DNA from: Eledone cirrhosa
Lineage: Eukaryota
Assembly: GCA_964016885.1 (NCBI GenBank)
Contig: OZ024747.1
Coordinates: 16,368,001-16,432,000, forward strand
Direction: 5' to 3'
Length of the DNA stretch: 64,000 nucleotides
Position numbers and translations under genes: made by a program. Of the stretch, positions 1 through 15,690 are shown in pieces; positions within the stretch are counted from its first letter, which is position 1; every line of letters begins with the position of its first letter. Below the pieces are notes generated by a model that ran no database searches, was not told the origin of the DNA, and saw nothing but the letters and a program-made list of their open reading frames with translations.

Positions 1-37
1 GGAACGTTATATACTTTCAGACGTTCAATCAGCTGGC

Positions 38-94
38 AGGAAGGTATAAGATACTGACGATAGCTAATAAGCTTGAAACTAGTACATCGTTCCT
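38..94 (+). ncRNA. Minimal type I hammerhead ribozyme motif (family A)
   Basis: CTGACGA (54-60); stem II t-AGCT-aata-AGCT-t; GAAA (75-78); palindromic stem III A-CTAG-T; GUA triplet (82-84). Stem I is gata/catc with a first-pair mismatch, plus distal aggaa/ttcct pairing. Confidence 0.6.
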
Positions 95-353
95 TTGTCA
101 GTGTTGAACAAAAGGGCAATGATGGTTGCTAAACACTGTACGGCTTAATTCGGGCTGTTTGTTTACAAACAAACGGTGCATTATAATAAATATTCGGTAA
201 ACCGATACGTACATATATATATGTGTACAAGTATGTATATATATACATACTACTGTACGTCTGTATAGATATATTTATGTACGTATACATACATACTTAC
301 ATTTAAGTAGCTGCCCTACTAAGAGTGAGAAATGATATTTCGTTTCATTTTTT

Positions 354-779
<426 letters not shown>

Positions 780-819
780 GATATTAAATAAATGGAAACT
801 ATATTTATAAAACCATATT

Positions 820-885
820 TATTTCGTTATATATATTTCAGGGATATCATATTAACAATATGTTATGCCATCTTCAGACAAAATA
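820..885 (-). ncRNA. Hammerhead motif, family B (mirror of 1760-1825)
   Basis: The reverse complement carries CTGAAGA (877-871), stem II, GAAA-TATATA-TA and stem I. Confidence 0.65.
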
Positions 886-1420
886 CAATATAACCAGTCT
901 TATAAATAAATAGATACGACATACCTTTCAATCACCTTGCATTTGTGAGGTTGATTTGGCAGTAAAAAATTGTGGACAGTTGTAAAAAGAAAGAGATAAA
1001 GAGAGAAAGAAAGAGAAACGAAGAAAAAGAAGAAATGTATGTGACTAAATAGAGGGATATAGGAAGATAGATAAAGAGAAGACCTTCATGTATAGAAACA
1101 GAGAGAAATATATATAGTGAATTGGGAGTTTGTTTATAATTATGATATAAACATATGAATTTTTAAAAACTAGATATAAGATCATTACTTTTCACACATT
1201 ATAGATACATGTCTCATTCTGAATACTGGTACTTACACTATAATGCCTGTTTTATACGAACTAATATTTTCTACGGATAAAACATAACGGTTTTAAATTC
1301 TGCATCGTTTATGTCTGGTTATGTTTCATTTTCTCTTTTTCATTTTCTCTTTTTTCTCTCTATATAACGGCTATTTTCTCTCTTAACTACATACATCTCT
1401 CTTTACATTAATACTAGAGC

Positions 1421-1451
<31 letters not shown>

Positions 1452-1759
1452 ATGTATCAACCGATACTCAACTTCCTAATTTCTCTATCTATCTCTATCT
1501 ATCTCTTTCTTTTTTTTTTCCCTCTCTCTATATATATTTCTCTCTGTTTCTATACATGAAGGTCTTCTCTTTATCTATCTTTCTATATCCCTCTATTTAG
1601 TCACATACATTTCTTCTTTTTCTTCGTTTCTCTTTCTTTCTCTCTTTATCTCTTTCTTTTTACAACTGTCCACAATTTTTTACTGCCAAATCAACCTCAC
1701 AAATGCAAGGTGATTGAAAGGTATGTCGTATCTATTTATTTATAAGACTGTTTATATTG

Positions 1760-1825
1760 TATTTTGTCTGAAGATGGCATAACATATTGTTAATATGATA
1801 TCCCTGAAATATATATAACGAAATA
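1760..1825 (+). ncRNA. Hammerhead motif, family B
   Basis: tattttgt-CTGAAGA (1768-74)-tggcataacatatt gtt aatatgatatccct-GAAA (1806-09)-TATATA-TA-acgaaata. Stem I is 8 bp and the triplet is AUA. Confidence 0.7.
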
Positions 1826-1955
1826 AATATGGTTTTATAAATATAGTTTCCATTTATTTAATATCATAAAGATACTCCAAATACTTGTTGAGTGCTTTTA
1901 TATCAGTTATAAATATTTACTCGTTGTTAACCCAACAATTTAAATATAACTTTCC

Positions 1956-1991
<36 letters not shown>

Positions 1992-2016
1992 GTATGTATA
2001 CATATACATATGTATA

Positions 2017-2077
<61 letters not shown>

Positions 2078-2739
2078 AAGTGTGTTTATGAGTGTAGGTA
2101 TTATGCAAACACGCAAGCACACACGTGCAGACATAGGTGAGAGTGTATGTCTATTTTCAAATGTTTTGTGGTAACCTGAGAATGAAAAATCAAATGGAAA
2201 ATTACATATCTTTACATATATATTTGTAAAAATTATTGCAGACTGGAGCCGAGATTACTTCTAATGTGTAGGTTTAAATATATTCCATGTTCAGCACACA
2301 TTAATTTGAACAAAACTTTGGAAAATAAATCATTTCCTAATAAAACATAAATCACCACAAAACAATTGCCATATTTCCAGAACGACTTTCGCAAAATATA
2401 TAAGATATAACAATAAATTTAAAATATACTGATACCTCTATAATTTGGAGTGTATTTATTCAGTTTATGTCTGCTATCTATTCTAAATATATTTCCGTTT
2501 ATTCCTACATTCCAAGTCTCATATGCACGTGACTATCGCTCATTAACTCGTAATAAATCAGTTGATCAATTTCGTGTTGTGTATTTAAGTATTTTATTTT
2601 GCCTCTTTCATTATCACTGGGCAACTTAGTTTTAGTGTTATTGCTTATAGGAAAGACTCACTCGCAAAAACACACACGAACATACACACTCACACACATA
2701 CATGCACCTACGCACGGACCATCCACATATACTCATACT

Positions 2740-2799
<60 letters not shown>

Positions 2800-2818
2800 T
2801 GTATATATGTCTGTATAT

Positions 2819-2873
<55 letters not shown>

Positions 2874-5485
2874 CATATATACATACATATATATGAAAAT
2901 TGTCAGTGACTTCGAAGTTTCAACTGAATTGTATATATCTACATACACTGAAGAAACCATCGTCAGTATTTAAATGTATTAAGCAAACATCTGATTGTTT
3001 TATATTTTGTATATATATGTGTGTGTGTGGGTGTGTGTGTGTGGGGGGGGGGGGGTTGTGCGTGTGTACATGTTCAAAACCTACTAAGGTAAATCACACA
3101 TTGGTATTCATCCGTAATAGTCTGTGCTTCCAGAAAATATACTATAGTTCTCTTTATTTCGTATTATATAGTTTTCATTAAAGCTGTGTATTTACATGAA
3201 ATATTTTCATATACGACTGCCAAGTAAAAAATCATCATAACCATATTAAACAGTAATAAGGAAAAATATTGTAAATGAAGGTTTCATGTTTAACTAGGCA
3301 TAATCGAAAACTGAGTTATACAAAAGTAACTAGAAACATTAAATCACATACATAGAGTCATTGTATACACGTTAAAATGTAATGGCGAACACCTTGTTGT
3401 TCTCTCAGTAGGGACCTTTCATACTGCATAAGTTTGGAGTTGTTTCATATTAATATATCTCTTTCAAGTTTTCTCTTCATTCATGATTGAGTTATTGCTT
3501 AATATGAAATATTGAATAAAAGTAATTTACCTATATTCCACATTGTTAAGACCCTTTCTGATCTTTCCTATATTATATTCATTATTCATGCACTAACATT
3601 GAAAAACGTGAATGTGTGTCCAATAGATGTCTGAATGGATATCTAAATGTATATACATAGTGTGACTTTACATATTCCACGTCAAAGAAGACTAAACAAA
3701 TATGAAAGGAGTGTATAATGTTCAAACACGGAAATACTCATACACTATATAAATAGATTGTAAATAACATTTGTACCGAAAATATGCTCTTGTCATAAGT
3801 GAATTCAAGAAAACATCACATTTACACACAACAAACACGTACACTCAACCATAGACCACGCACGAACACATACATAGATTCATACACATATACATACATA
3901 TATGCATACCTAATAAATACTTACATAAAACTGTGTATGTGCATTTATGTCTGAGTGTTAATAATGAACAAAGAACATATTTCAAATGCGCCGATAAAAA
4001 ATAAAGATTAGCTTTCTATTACAGAGTAGCGGGGAAATAGAAAGAATATTAAAACAAAATAATGGTTTGAGGTGTGAAACATTTCATAACATCTTCTCTG
4101 AAAAGTAAATTTATAAGCAAACACTAATAATAACACAAACGAAACAAACACGATCTTGTTTAAATGTGCGACTATAACTTTTACAGAAAACTGTGCGGTG
4201 TTATATCTGAGCTTATTTTTAAAAAAAATGTTTGCAAACAGCAGGTGATGGAGCGAATTTGAAACGATAAATACTAATCTTAAGACTAAGTAATGTATTA
4301 TAATTTTTTTTTTCTTTTTTTTTTTGTAATACAATGTGAATTTTATGTAGGATACAACATAATGAGATTTCAATTTCAATGTTAAATATGAGACAATATG
4401 TTTTCGATTCTAAACAATTCATTTTTATATGTACTTTACTGGTTGTATGTTGTGTGTTGTATGTGTATATATCTGTATATGTGTGTGTGGGTGCATGTGT
4501 GTGTGTAAGGGTGAGTGTATGTGTGTGAGTGTATGCGGGGTGTTGCGCGTGAGTGCGTGTGTGCGTATTTGTGGCAGGACAGCCGGTACAATGCGGTAGT
4601 ATTATATAAAGAGCAAAAGATGACATAAAATAAAACCAAATAATGTAATTTTATTTACCCAGTATATTCCATCTTAATATTTCATGGTTACACCCTCTTT
4701 ACAAATGCGAAATCAGCAACCGTGGAAAAGAAAAACTAAGGATGTATTTTTTCCTAATTGGTCCAAGTGTCTCGATTGTGCATGCGTTGAGACACTCTGC
4801 ACTATGCAGTTATAATCCATTGATTATTTAGGATTATTGTGAGCTAATGATTAGAACCTCTTCAATTCTTAAATGACCCACATTTCCTTCTTTGTCTCTA
4901 TGGCGACCTCACTGTCTTAGCGACCTCACTGTCTTGGTTGCGGCATTTGTCATCAGTGCTGTTGTCTAATATTTTGCTCAAACAGGCATTATGAATACAA
5001 TATCAGCTTAATGTGCGAAATTGCATGTCAGAGTGGTGGCTGACGAAGCAGAGGTCTATTTCTCGTATGTAACTCTATGAATGTTCTGCTAACACTATAA
5101 TTATATATATGATGCGAACATGCGCTAGTTTTCGATAAGCTGCTATATTCAGATGTGGTGCAGTTTCGCCTGTTTCGCCTGTTTCTTCTTTACTCTCTCC
5201 CTATTCTCCTTCTCTATGCTCCTCTTCCTCAGACTCTCTCTATTCTCTTCTATTTCATTCTTTCTATTTCTCTCAATCTCTCAATCTCTCTCCATCTATA
5301 TATATATATATGTAGCTCTGCCATTTTCTTGTCATTTTCCCCCTAATCTTTAGCCCATCATTCAGTCTTTTACCGCTCAAGCTTGGTGGGAAGCAGATCT
5401 TTCTTCTTCGGCTTCGTAAAGAAATGACTTTTCCATGGCGAAGGTGCTAGTTTACAGTCTTCCTAGCCTGAATATGGTGCGTATA

Positions 5486-6555
<1,070 letters not shown>

Positions 6556-6594
6556 GATATTAATAAATGGAAACTATATTTATAAAACCATATT

Positions 6595-6655
6595 TATTTC
6601 ATTATACATATTTCAGGGATACCAAATTAAATTATTGCCTTCATTAGACAAAATA
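6595..6655 (-). ncRNA. Hammerhead motif, family B, core-mutated (CTAATGA)
   Basis: Mirror of 10419-10483 with a G5-to-A change and a deletion in stem II. Confidence 0.55.
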
Positions 6656-7274
6656 CAATATATAACAGTTTTACAAATAAGCTTTGACGTACCCTTTTAA
6701 AATGCGATCATTATTTTTGGAAGCCATCTGGATAGTGAATTGTTTATATTATTTTAAAATAAGTCTTAGTGTTAAGGACAATTAGAAAAAGACGGAGAGA
6801 AAAAAGACGGAGAGAGAGAAAAAAGAAAAAGAAAAAAAATGGAGAAATATCGGAGAGAGAGAGAAATTCATGGACAAAAAAGAAAGAGATAAATAAAGAC
6901 AGGAGGAAAGAAAGAAAAAAGAAAACAGGAAGAAATAAGAAAAACAGAGGAAAGCAACAGAGAGATATCAAAACATCAGACAGATAGAAAGACTCAAGAG
7001 AGAGAAATGATATATAGAGAGAGGGGGAGATAATGAAAACTTTACGTCATGTCATATTAAGTTGAGTTAACAATTTATATGAAATGAACAATAAAAATAT
7101 AAATATTAATATTCATGAATGGGACATAAATATATAATGTGAGAAATTAAACATTGTTTAATAATGATTATATGTTTAGTTTAAAAATTGAGATCAAAAT
7201 ACTAAAATTTGAGTTTAAGCATCCAAAATGTACACATTGCTAGAGAAACCAATATCTTACTGCAAAGATACACA

Positions 7275-7347
<73 letters not shown>

Positions 7348-7633
7348 GCAAGCCTACAATACAGACATACAAAACATAAATGATTTCTCTTAATCACTGC
7401 TATACATTCCTTGTGTTATAAAAAGCTCACAGTATATATACATAAATATATACAATTAACATTCATGCCTTCATATATACGATTATCATTCATGCATTTA
7501 ACATTCTGTTAAAATTATGCATATCTGCAATCAAAACTGCGTGGGTAGGCATGCACATACATAACTCTCACCCAAACACATACATATACATATATATATA
7601 CACATATGTATAAATAAATATTTGCGTGCGTCT

Positions 7634-8180
7634 TCACCAATTGTTAGAACCGTTCAATCTATGTCTGCAGCAACTGCATAAATTATTCCTTAAATTAAGG
7701 GAATTTTTGGACTTTAATATAAAGAATATTTCTTCAATACAAAGATCACAATTTTCTGAAGAGGAATTAAAAGGAGTAGCTTCGGAGATAATATTCCAAG
7801 TCATCGAATATTTAACATTATCTCGTTTTAGGTCCCATAGTAGGCTAGATAGCGAAGTTGAAGATTGTTTGTTTGGATCTGTGAAAGAATTTTTATGATT
7901 ATTGAAGCGAAATTTAAATTCTGTAGAGGTAGAACCGACATAGTTAAATGAATTTAAATTAGTTTTAACATTACAATTGTACACTACATTTTTAGCTAAG
8001 CAGTTGTTATTTAACGGACAGTTAGATTTATTTCTACAGTTACAGTTATTCAATTGAATATTGCTTGGGTTATTATTGGTATTTTGGTTAGGTTTTAAGT
8101 TTCTATTATTAATTCTATTAATATTTTGTGCTAAATTTTTGGTGGACGAGTAACTTAATTTTATAGTATGTCTATTAAAA
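7634..8180 (-). pseudogene. PLE GIY-YIG endonuclease C-terminal fragment
   Basis: CNCRNKSNCPLNNNCLAKNVVYNCNV...NYVGSTSTEFKFRFNNHKNSF...TSLS...WNII...CDLCIEE: VVY/YVG-T-R-H GIY-YIG motif with a Cys-rich linker. The upstream IKLSYSSTKNL segment is in frame. No RT domain is present. Confidence 0.85.
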
Positions 8181-8249
8181 AACCCCTATTGCTAAACTAT
8201 TCTTTAAAGCTCTTGACAAACGCTTCCCTAGAACACATAAATATTACTC

Positions 8250-8659
8250 ATTTTTTAATAGACACACTATAAAATTAACTTACTCGTCCACCAACAATTT
8301 AGCACAAAATATTAATAGAATTAATAATAGAAACTTAAAACCTAACCAAAATACCAATAAAATTCTTTCACAGATACCAATAAAATTCTTTCACAGATCC
8401 AAACAAACAATCTTCAACTTCGCTATCTAGCCTACTATGGGACCAAAAACGAGATAATGTTAAATATTCGATGACTTGGAATATTATCTCCGAAGCTACT
8501 CCTTTTAATTCCTCTTCAGAAAATTGTGATCTTTGTATTGAAGAAATATTATTTATATTAAAGTCCAAAAATTCCCTTAATTTAAGGAATAATTTATTCA
8601 GTTGCTGCAGACATAGATTGAACTCAACGTTTAAATATAAATATAAATTTAAAATGTAG
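8250..8659 (+). pseudogene. Second, internally deleted copy of the same PLE GIY-YIG fragment
   Basis: WNIISEATPFNSSSENCDLCIEEILFILKSKNSLNLRNNLFSCCRHR...stop at 8659. The catalytic segment is deleted near 8360, with a small duplication. Confidence 0.8.
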
Positions 8660-9729
8660 TATAATTAATTAAGTAATTTAGTTAATATATGAAACATGTC
8701 GATAAATCATTAGATTCCTTCACCTTTTTCTTTTTAAATTTTCTTCCTAAATATAAACATAGATATAATAAACTACTCTAAAATGTCTATACTTCCAATG
8801 TCTTAAATAAAATATACGTAAGATAAATTTCTATACTAAATATAAGGATATCTGTAGAATCCTTGGCTTTTTTAAATTTTTTAAATTTAAAAATTTTTTA
8901 AACTTTTTAAATTATATTGATATAATATTTATTTAACTTTTATTTTTATTTTTATTTTTATTTTTATTTTTATCTATTTTTATTAGGTTTATTTTGATTC
9001 TGATAGCTTCTCATAATTTTCATGAGTCTACCCTTTCAATATCTTGATTGAAATATACGTAGGATAAATTTCTATACTAAATATATGAAACATATTATTT
9101 TAATTTAAGATACACTATAGTGTCTTAAAGATATTTAATGTTTTGATATTTCTAGAATTCGTTTGTTCTTTAGACTATACTGATATTATTGTATTTCCAA
9201 AATATAATCATTTGGTATATTACATTTATATTGTTATAATTATATTTCCAAAGTATAATCCTTTAGTAATATATTGATATTTGATTATCTCTATACAAAT
9301 ATGTATGTGTGTATTTACATGCATATAAAAGTGTTATATGTTTTTTTTATGATTGTATATCTGTCTGTATGTGTACATGAGGGATGCGGGTCTAACAATT
9401 GGTGAAGACGCACGCAAATATTTATTTATACATATGTGTATGTGTATATATATATACATATGTGTATGTGTATATATATATATATATGTATATGTATGTG
9501 TGTGGGTGAGAGTTATGTGTGTGCATGCCTACCCACGCAGTTTTGATTGCAGATATGCACAATTTTAACAGAATGTTAAATGCATGAATGATAATCGTAT
9601 ATATGAAGGCATGAATGTTAATCGTATATATTTATGTATATATACTGTGAACTTTTTATAACACAAGGAATGTATAGCAGTGATTAAGAGAAATCATTTG
9701 TGTTTTGTATGTCTATATTGTAGGCTTGC

Positions 9730-9803
<74 letters not shown>

Positions 9804-10418
9804 GTATCTTTGCAGTAAGATAGTGGTTTCTCTAGCAATGTGTACATTTTGGATACTTAAACTCAAATTTTAGTATATTGATCTCAATTTTTAAACTAAA
9901 CATATAATCATTATTAAACAATGTTTAATTTCTCGTATTATATATTTATGTCCCATTCATGAATATTAATATTTATATTTTTATTATTCATTTCATATAA
10001 ATTGTTAACTCAACTTAATATGAAATGACGTAAAGTTTTCATTATCTCCCCCTCTCTCTATATATTATTTCTCTCTCTTGAGTCTTTCTATCTGTCTGAT
10101 GCGTTGATATCTCTCTGTTGCTTTCCTCTGTTTTTCTTATTTCTTCCTTTTTTCTTTTTTTCTTTCTTTCCTCCTGTCTTTATTTATCTCTTCCTTTTTT
10201 CTTCATGCATTTCTCTCTGTCCGATATTTCTCCACGTTTTTTTTCTTTTTCTTTTTTCTCTCTCTCCGTCTTTTTTCTCTCTGTCTTTTTCTAATTGTCC
10301 TTAACACTAAGACTTATTAAAATAATATAAACAATTCACTATCCAGATGGCTTCCAAAAATAATGATAGCATTTTAAAAGGGTACGTCAAAGCTTATTTG
10401 TAAAACTGTTATATATTG

Positions 10419-10483
10419 TATTTTGTCTGATGAAGGCATACCATAATTTAATCTGGTATCCCTGAAATATGTATAATGAAATA
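10419..10483 (+). ncRNA. Hammerhead ribozyme in the PLE 3' end, family B
   Basis: tattttgt-CTGATGA (10427-33)-AGGcATACCA...TGGTATcCCT-GAAA (10464-67)-TATGTA-TA-atgaaata. Confidence 0.8.
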
Positions 10484-10611
10484 AATATGGTTTTATAAAT
10501 ATAGTTTTCATTTATTAAAATCGTATATCTACTCCAAATACTTGTCGAGTGCTTTATATCAGTTATACAAATATTTACTTGTTGTATCCCAACAATTTTA
10601 AATAGAACTTT

Positions 10612-10653
<42 letters not shown>

Positions 10654-10779
10654 AATATAAACATTCATATATATATACATATTCAGTAGTTAAGCAAATC
10701 AAGATCACAAATTAACATAGAAGACATAACTCACAGAGTATCAACATTAAGTGCAGTTTAATATAGAAAGGGGATAGTA

Positions 10780-11630
10780 ATGTCAGTTTACAGTTGTTTC
10801 AACCCTAGATTAAGAAATGATAATAGGCCGACCATTAGCAAGCACATTGGCAACTCTGCTAGACCTCATAGACGCAACCGGCCTAGAGGAATCACCTGGC
10901 TTAACCACCCTTTCTCATCTAATGTAGCTAGCAACATCCCTAAACGCTACTTCTCCATCCTATCTAATCATTTTCCCCCAAAATCATAGATATTACAAGC
11001 TCTTTAATAAAAACAATATTAACATCTCCTTCTCCACCACACTGAACCTAGCTAGCCACATCGCATTTAGCAACTATCATAAACTAAAAAATATAACCCC
11101 CCCCCCTGCGGCACCCCTCCCCATAAGTACTGAACGTAGCAGTACCAATACTCAGCGTAATAACTGAACACCCCCCCCCCAATCCCATTAGTACACACCA
11201 GCCACATAGTTTAAACAACCATACTCCTACTAATCGCAACCGTAATTGCAACTGCCATAACCTCACTGCGTGCCCACTTAACGGCCAGTGGCTTACGCCC
11301 AATATCGTATATAGGTGCAGGGTTAGAACTGCCTCATCCACGAGCTCTTATATTCGCTCTACATCAAACCCCTTTAAGGTTCGCCATAATGCCCACTTAT
11401 TTTCCTTCCGTGACCCTTGCATTAGATGTTCAACTTCTATAACTAGGCTCATTAAAAACCTTAGACTAGCCAACATTGAACATTCAATAGCTTGGGATAA
11501 CCTTGCGTTTAATGGGAGAAAAAAACTCTTGTTTTTCCTGTCTTACCGAGGCCTATCACATATCTGTGTCAAGACCCCTCCCCCCCTCAATGACAGGTAC
11601 GAGTTGGTCATCAACTGCCACCACATCAGA
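10780..11630 (+). pseudogene. Degenerate GIY-YIG endonuclease region of a second PLE family
   Basis: RNRPRGITWLNHPFSSNVASNI...; after a frameshift, KLFNKNNINISFS; later RNCNCHNLTACPLNGQWLTPNIVYRCRV...SSYIRSTSNPFKVRHNAHLFSF. The motif order matches 7634-8180, but this copy is C-rich and interrupted. Confidence 0.7.
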
Positions 11631-12073
11631 AAAAATATTCCATGTTTCTTTCGTAGAATATGGATCGATTTAAATTATTGTCCTTATTTTCATCTTGTAT
11701 GTGAATAAATGTAGAGAATGTTCCGTCCACGAAATTATGGTTATCGGGTTTCTGCTATTTACGTAAATGTTTGTGTTAATGGTTAAACCAATATTTTTAC
11801 ATGCAACTAATTATTTATAAATAAAGGTCTCAAGACATGGTAACGTATTAATGAAGTGAACATTTGGTCCCATTTTCTTTCATATTTCTTCGTTCTTGCT
11901 CAACCTAACGTTCATTTAAGTTTTTACTCATACTTTCTGTCCGTTACACACTCTCGCCATTTATCTATATCCCTCTTCACATCAGACTATTATATTTATA
12001 TATATATGTAATATATATATATATAAAGTGGATTAATTCAAATTTATTCAATAAATATATATAAATATGCATA

Positions 12074-12120
<47 letters not shown>

Positions 12121-12151
12121 AGATCAAAAGATGGTTAAAGGAGTTCCATAT

Positions 12152-12220
12152 ATTTTATTATGCGCATTTCAAAAACAAACATCATCAAGCAATAATATTT
12201 GTGTTTTCATCAGATAAAAC
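12152..12220 (-). ncRNA. Intact minimal type I hammerhead ribozyme (family C)
   Basis: Minus strand: gttttat-CTGATGA-aaacacaaatattatt gctt gatgatgtttgttttt-GAAA-TGCGCA-TA-ataaaat. Stem I is 7 bp, stem II pairs at 15 of 16 positions, and stem III is the palindrome ATGCGCAT. Confidence 0.8.
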
Positions 12221-12324
12221 AGGAGAACATGATATGAAGGCTAAAAAAACACTTGTTGATAGTGCAGTTGTAAATCAACATATACTACAGTAAAAATCAA
12301 CATATACTACAATAAAACTCACCT

Positions 12325-12992
<668 letters not shown>

Positions 12993-13023
12993 ATAACCTT
13001 CGCTTTGTGTAGAAAATTACACT

Positions 13024-13109
<86 letters not shown>

Positions 13110-13180
13110 AACGGATTACAATTTAACCAAACAATCGCTGCTTTCACCCTTAACGGGTTCGTCTGAAACTTTAATCTGTT
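13110..13180 (-). ncRNA. Hammerhead-like motif, family E (core CAGACGA)
   Basis: Minus strand: aaagttt-CAGACGA-ACCC gttaa GGGT-GAAA-gcagcgattgtttgg-TT-aaattg. Confidence 0.55.
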
Positions 13181-13255
13181 ATATATTTGATATATATTTA
13201 TCCTTATTGAGCCCTCTTTGGATTGTAGTCTTCATATTTATTATTATTATTATTG

Positions 13256-14050
13256 TTTTTTGAGTCTCAATCATTGATGTTATTTAACTGGAAAGTTTGT
13301 TGAAATGAATATCAAGCCACTACCTGCAGCCTCAGATATTCAGGACGTATCGGAGGGTTCTTGCTGTTCCCAGCAAGCATGCTTTTGGAAGTGTTCCAAA
13401 AAGCAGGGCTGGACTAATTTTCTTTAATCATCCTTGGAAACTCTTTGAGATAGTACCTAGTGCGCCTATGACAATCTTTGATTTCATGTCAGTTCCAAAT
13501 CCTTTTTACCTCCCACTTTAATTCCTGGTATCGGTTAATTTTCTCCCTCTCCTTCTCTTGCACTCTCGTGTCGAATGGGCAGGCTACATCCACAATCAGG
13601 AACGATCTTTTCCCCTTGTCCAAAACCACCAGGTCAGGTCTATTGTGTTCCAGTTTCTTGTTCGTCTGTATCCTAAAATTCCACAGCACCTTCACCTGAT
13701 CGTTTTCTATCACCGACTCTGGCTTATGCTAGTGGATCACGCTGCCTATCACATCATGTCTCCAGCCTTTATAGTGAGTCTGGGCTAGCTGTTTACACTC
13801 GGATACAATGTGAGTCACAGTCTCCTCTCTCTCTCCACAGATCCTACATAGTGGGCTAGCCTCCTCCTTGTAAATATGGTGTTTCACCCACTTCGTTTTA
13901 AGGGCCTGCTCTTGCGCAGCCATTAGCATTCCTCTATGCTGATAAGACCTCTTCCATCTTCAGATCTCCTTAAGTAGAGTCTATCGACATCACTCCTCTT
14001 GTAGAACATGTTGTAGATAGTGAATAGCTTCCTAGTCTTCCTATCCATTT
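13256..14050 (-). mobile_element. 5'-truncated R4/Dong-clade non-LTR retrotransposon (RT C-terminus, CCHC knuckle, restriction-like endonuclease), pseudogenised
   Basis: MDRKTRKL...SDVDRLYLRRSEDGRGL; AAQEQAL...CRICGEREETVTHIVSEC...RHD; LWNFRIQT...NRPDLVV...IVDVACP...EKINRYQEL; IGALGT. The element has frameshifts and internal deletions and is flanked by (TAA)n on both sides. Confidence 0.88.
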
Positions 14051-14051
14051 C

Positions 14052-14093
<42 letters not shown>

Positions 14094-14342
14094 ATATATA
14101 TATACAAACACATGCACACACACATATATATATATGTATGTGTGTGTGTGTATGAGTGTGTGTGTGTGCGTGCGGGTGTGTGTGTGTGTGTATGTGTGTG
14201 TGTGTGCGTATGTTTGTGTAATAATGTGCGTCCCTACACGTAGTTTATATGGCATTAAAGAGTATATAATAAGATGCACTTCCAATCAAAATTGAGGAAT
14301 ATTTCGTCATTGCTAACCTTCATTATATTATGGCCCTTGCTA

Positions 14343-14463
14343 TTCTGAGTTCGTATCCCGCCGAGGTTAACTTTGCCTTTCATCCTTACTGGGGTCGATA
14401 AAATAAAGTACCAGTAATGCACTGGGATGATTGCTGACCTTGTGCCAAAAGTAGAAACAATTA
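14343..14463 (+). mobile_element. tRNA-derived SINE, 5'-truncated
   Basis: B-box gagttcgtatccc followed by the conserved core ctttgcctttcatccttac..ggggtcgataaaataaagtaccag. Confidence 0.85.
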
Positions 14464-15049
14464 TATGTCATATAACACTATCATTGGCCTGGCTTATCAA
14501 GTGTGTAAACATCTATATACATTTGGGAACACTACAACGTCACTGAGCTGTCGCACTGTAAATTGTAAAAGATTGCTTGTCCTGCAACAATATATACTTT
14601 TCTTCCTTGAGACTTTAAACTTATCTTGAGATGTTGCTCAAATCTGTTGAAGTACGTTGAAATCATTTTGAAATGTATTGAAACAAGACAAATTATACAA
14701 CCTCTACTCCATTATCGATCGTATTAAGTCATAGATGACAGTATATAAAATAACAAGTATTGGAGAAAGGAAACCTCATCTCGTTTATGAGTTCAGTGTT
14801 CATTATATGCGGAAGCACCAACTACTGGTATCTACTTTCTATATGTACCCAATGTATTGGCTAATTGGATATCTCTGACAACGTAGATTTCAATTAAAGC
14901 AATATTCTATTTAAATGTATATACAAATGTATTATTTGTATATACACATGTGTGTGTATGTGCATGTTTGCATATGGATACATATGTGTGCACATGTGAG
15001 TATGTGACTATCTATTGGTATATATATATATGTGTATATATATATATAA

Positions 15050-15210
<161 letters not shown>

Positions 15211-15246
15211 GATAATAATGGAGCTGCGGCGTTGCAAATGGGATAC

Positions 15247-15281
<35 letters not shown>

Positions 15282-15289
15282 TGGGATAC

Positions 15290-15320
<31 letters not shown>

Positions 15321-15321
<1 letters not shown>

Positions 15322-15590
15322 ATTTATTAAAATAACAGATTAAAGTTTAAGCAAAGAATCGCTGCTTTCACCCTTAACAGCATCTTCTGAAACTAACAAA
15401 GTAATAGATTGACTTTGTTAGTTTCAGAAGATCCCGTTAAGGGTGAAAGCAGCGATTCTTTGCTTAAACTTTAATCTGTTATTTTAATAAATATTTGCTC
15501 TACGGTCGGCTCTTATATATTTCCATATATATTTATACTTATCGAGCCCTCTTTGGATTTTAGTCTTCAAATTTATTATTATTACTATAT
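15321..15590. mobile_element. Fold-back element with hammerhead-like family E motifs
   Basis: Palindrome 15321-15493 (loop 15403-11). + arm: agttt-CAGAAGA (15425-31)-tCCC gttaa GGGt-GAAA-GCA gcgattctt TGC-TT-aaact. The 3' extension gagccctctttggattttagtcttc is shared with 13210-13235 and 32800-32830. (TA)n lies on both sides. Confidence 0.75.
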
Positions 15591-15591
15591 T

Positions 15592-15690
<99 letters not shown>

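Noticed and set aside
5385-5420. Minus-strand gaag-CCGAAGA-a-GAAA-GATC-TG-cttc resembling an HHR
   Set aside because: No stem II, altered core and G at the cleavage position.
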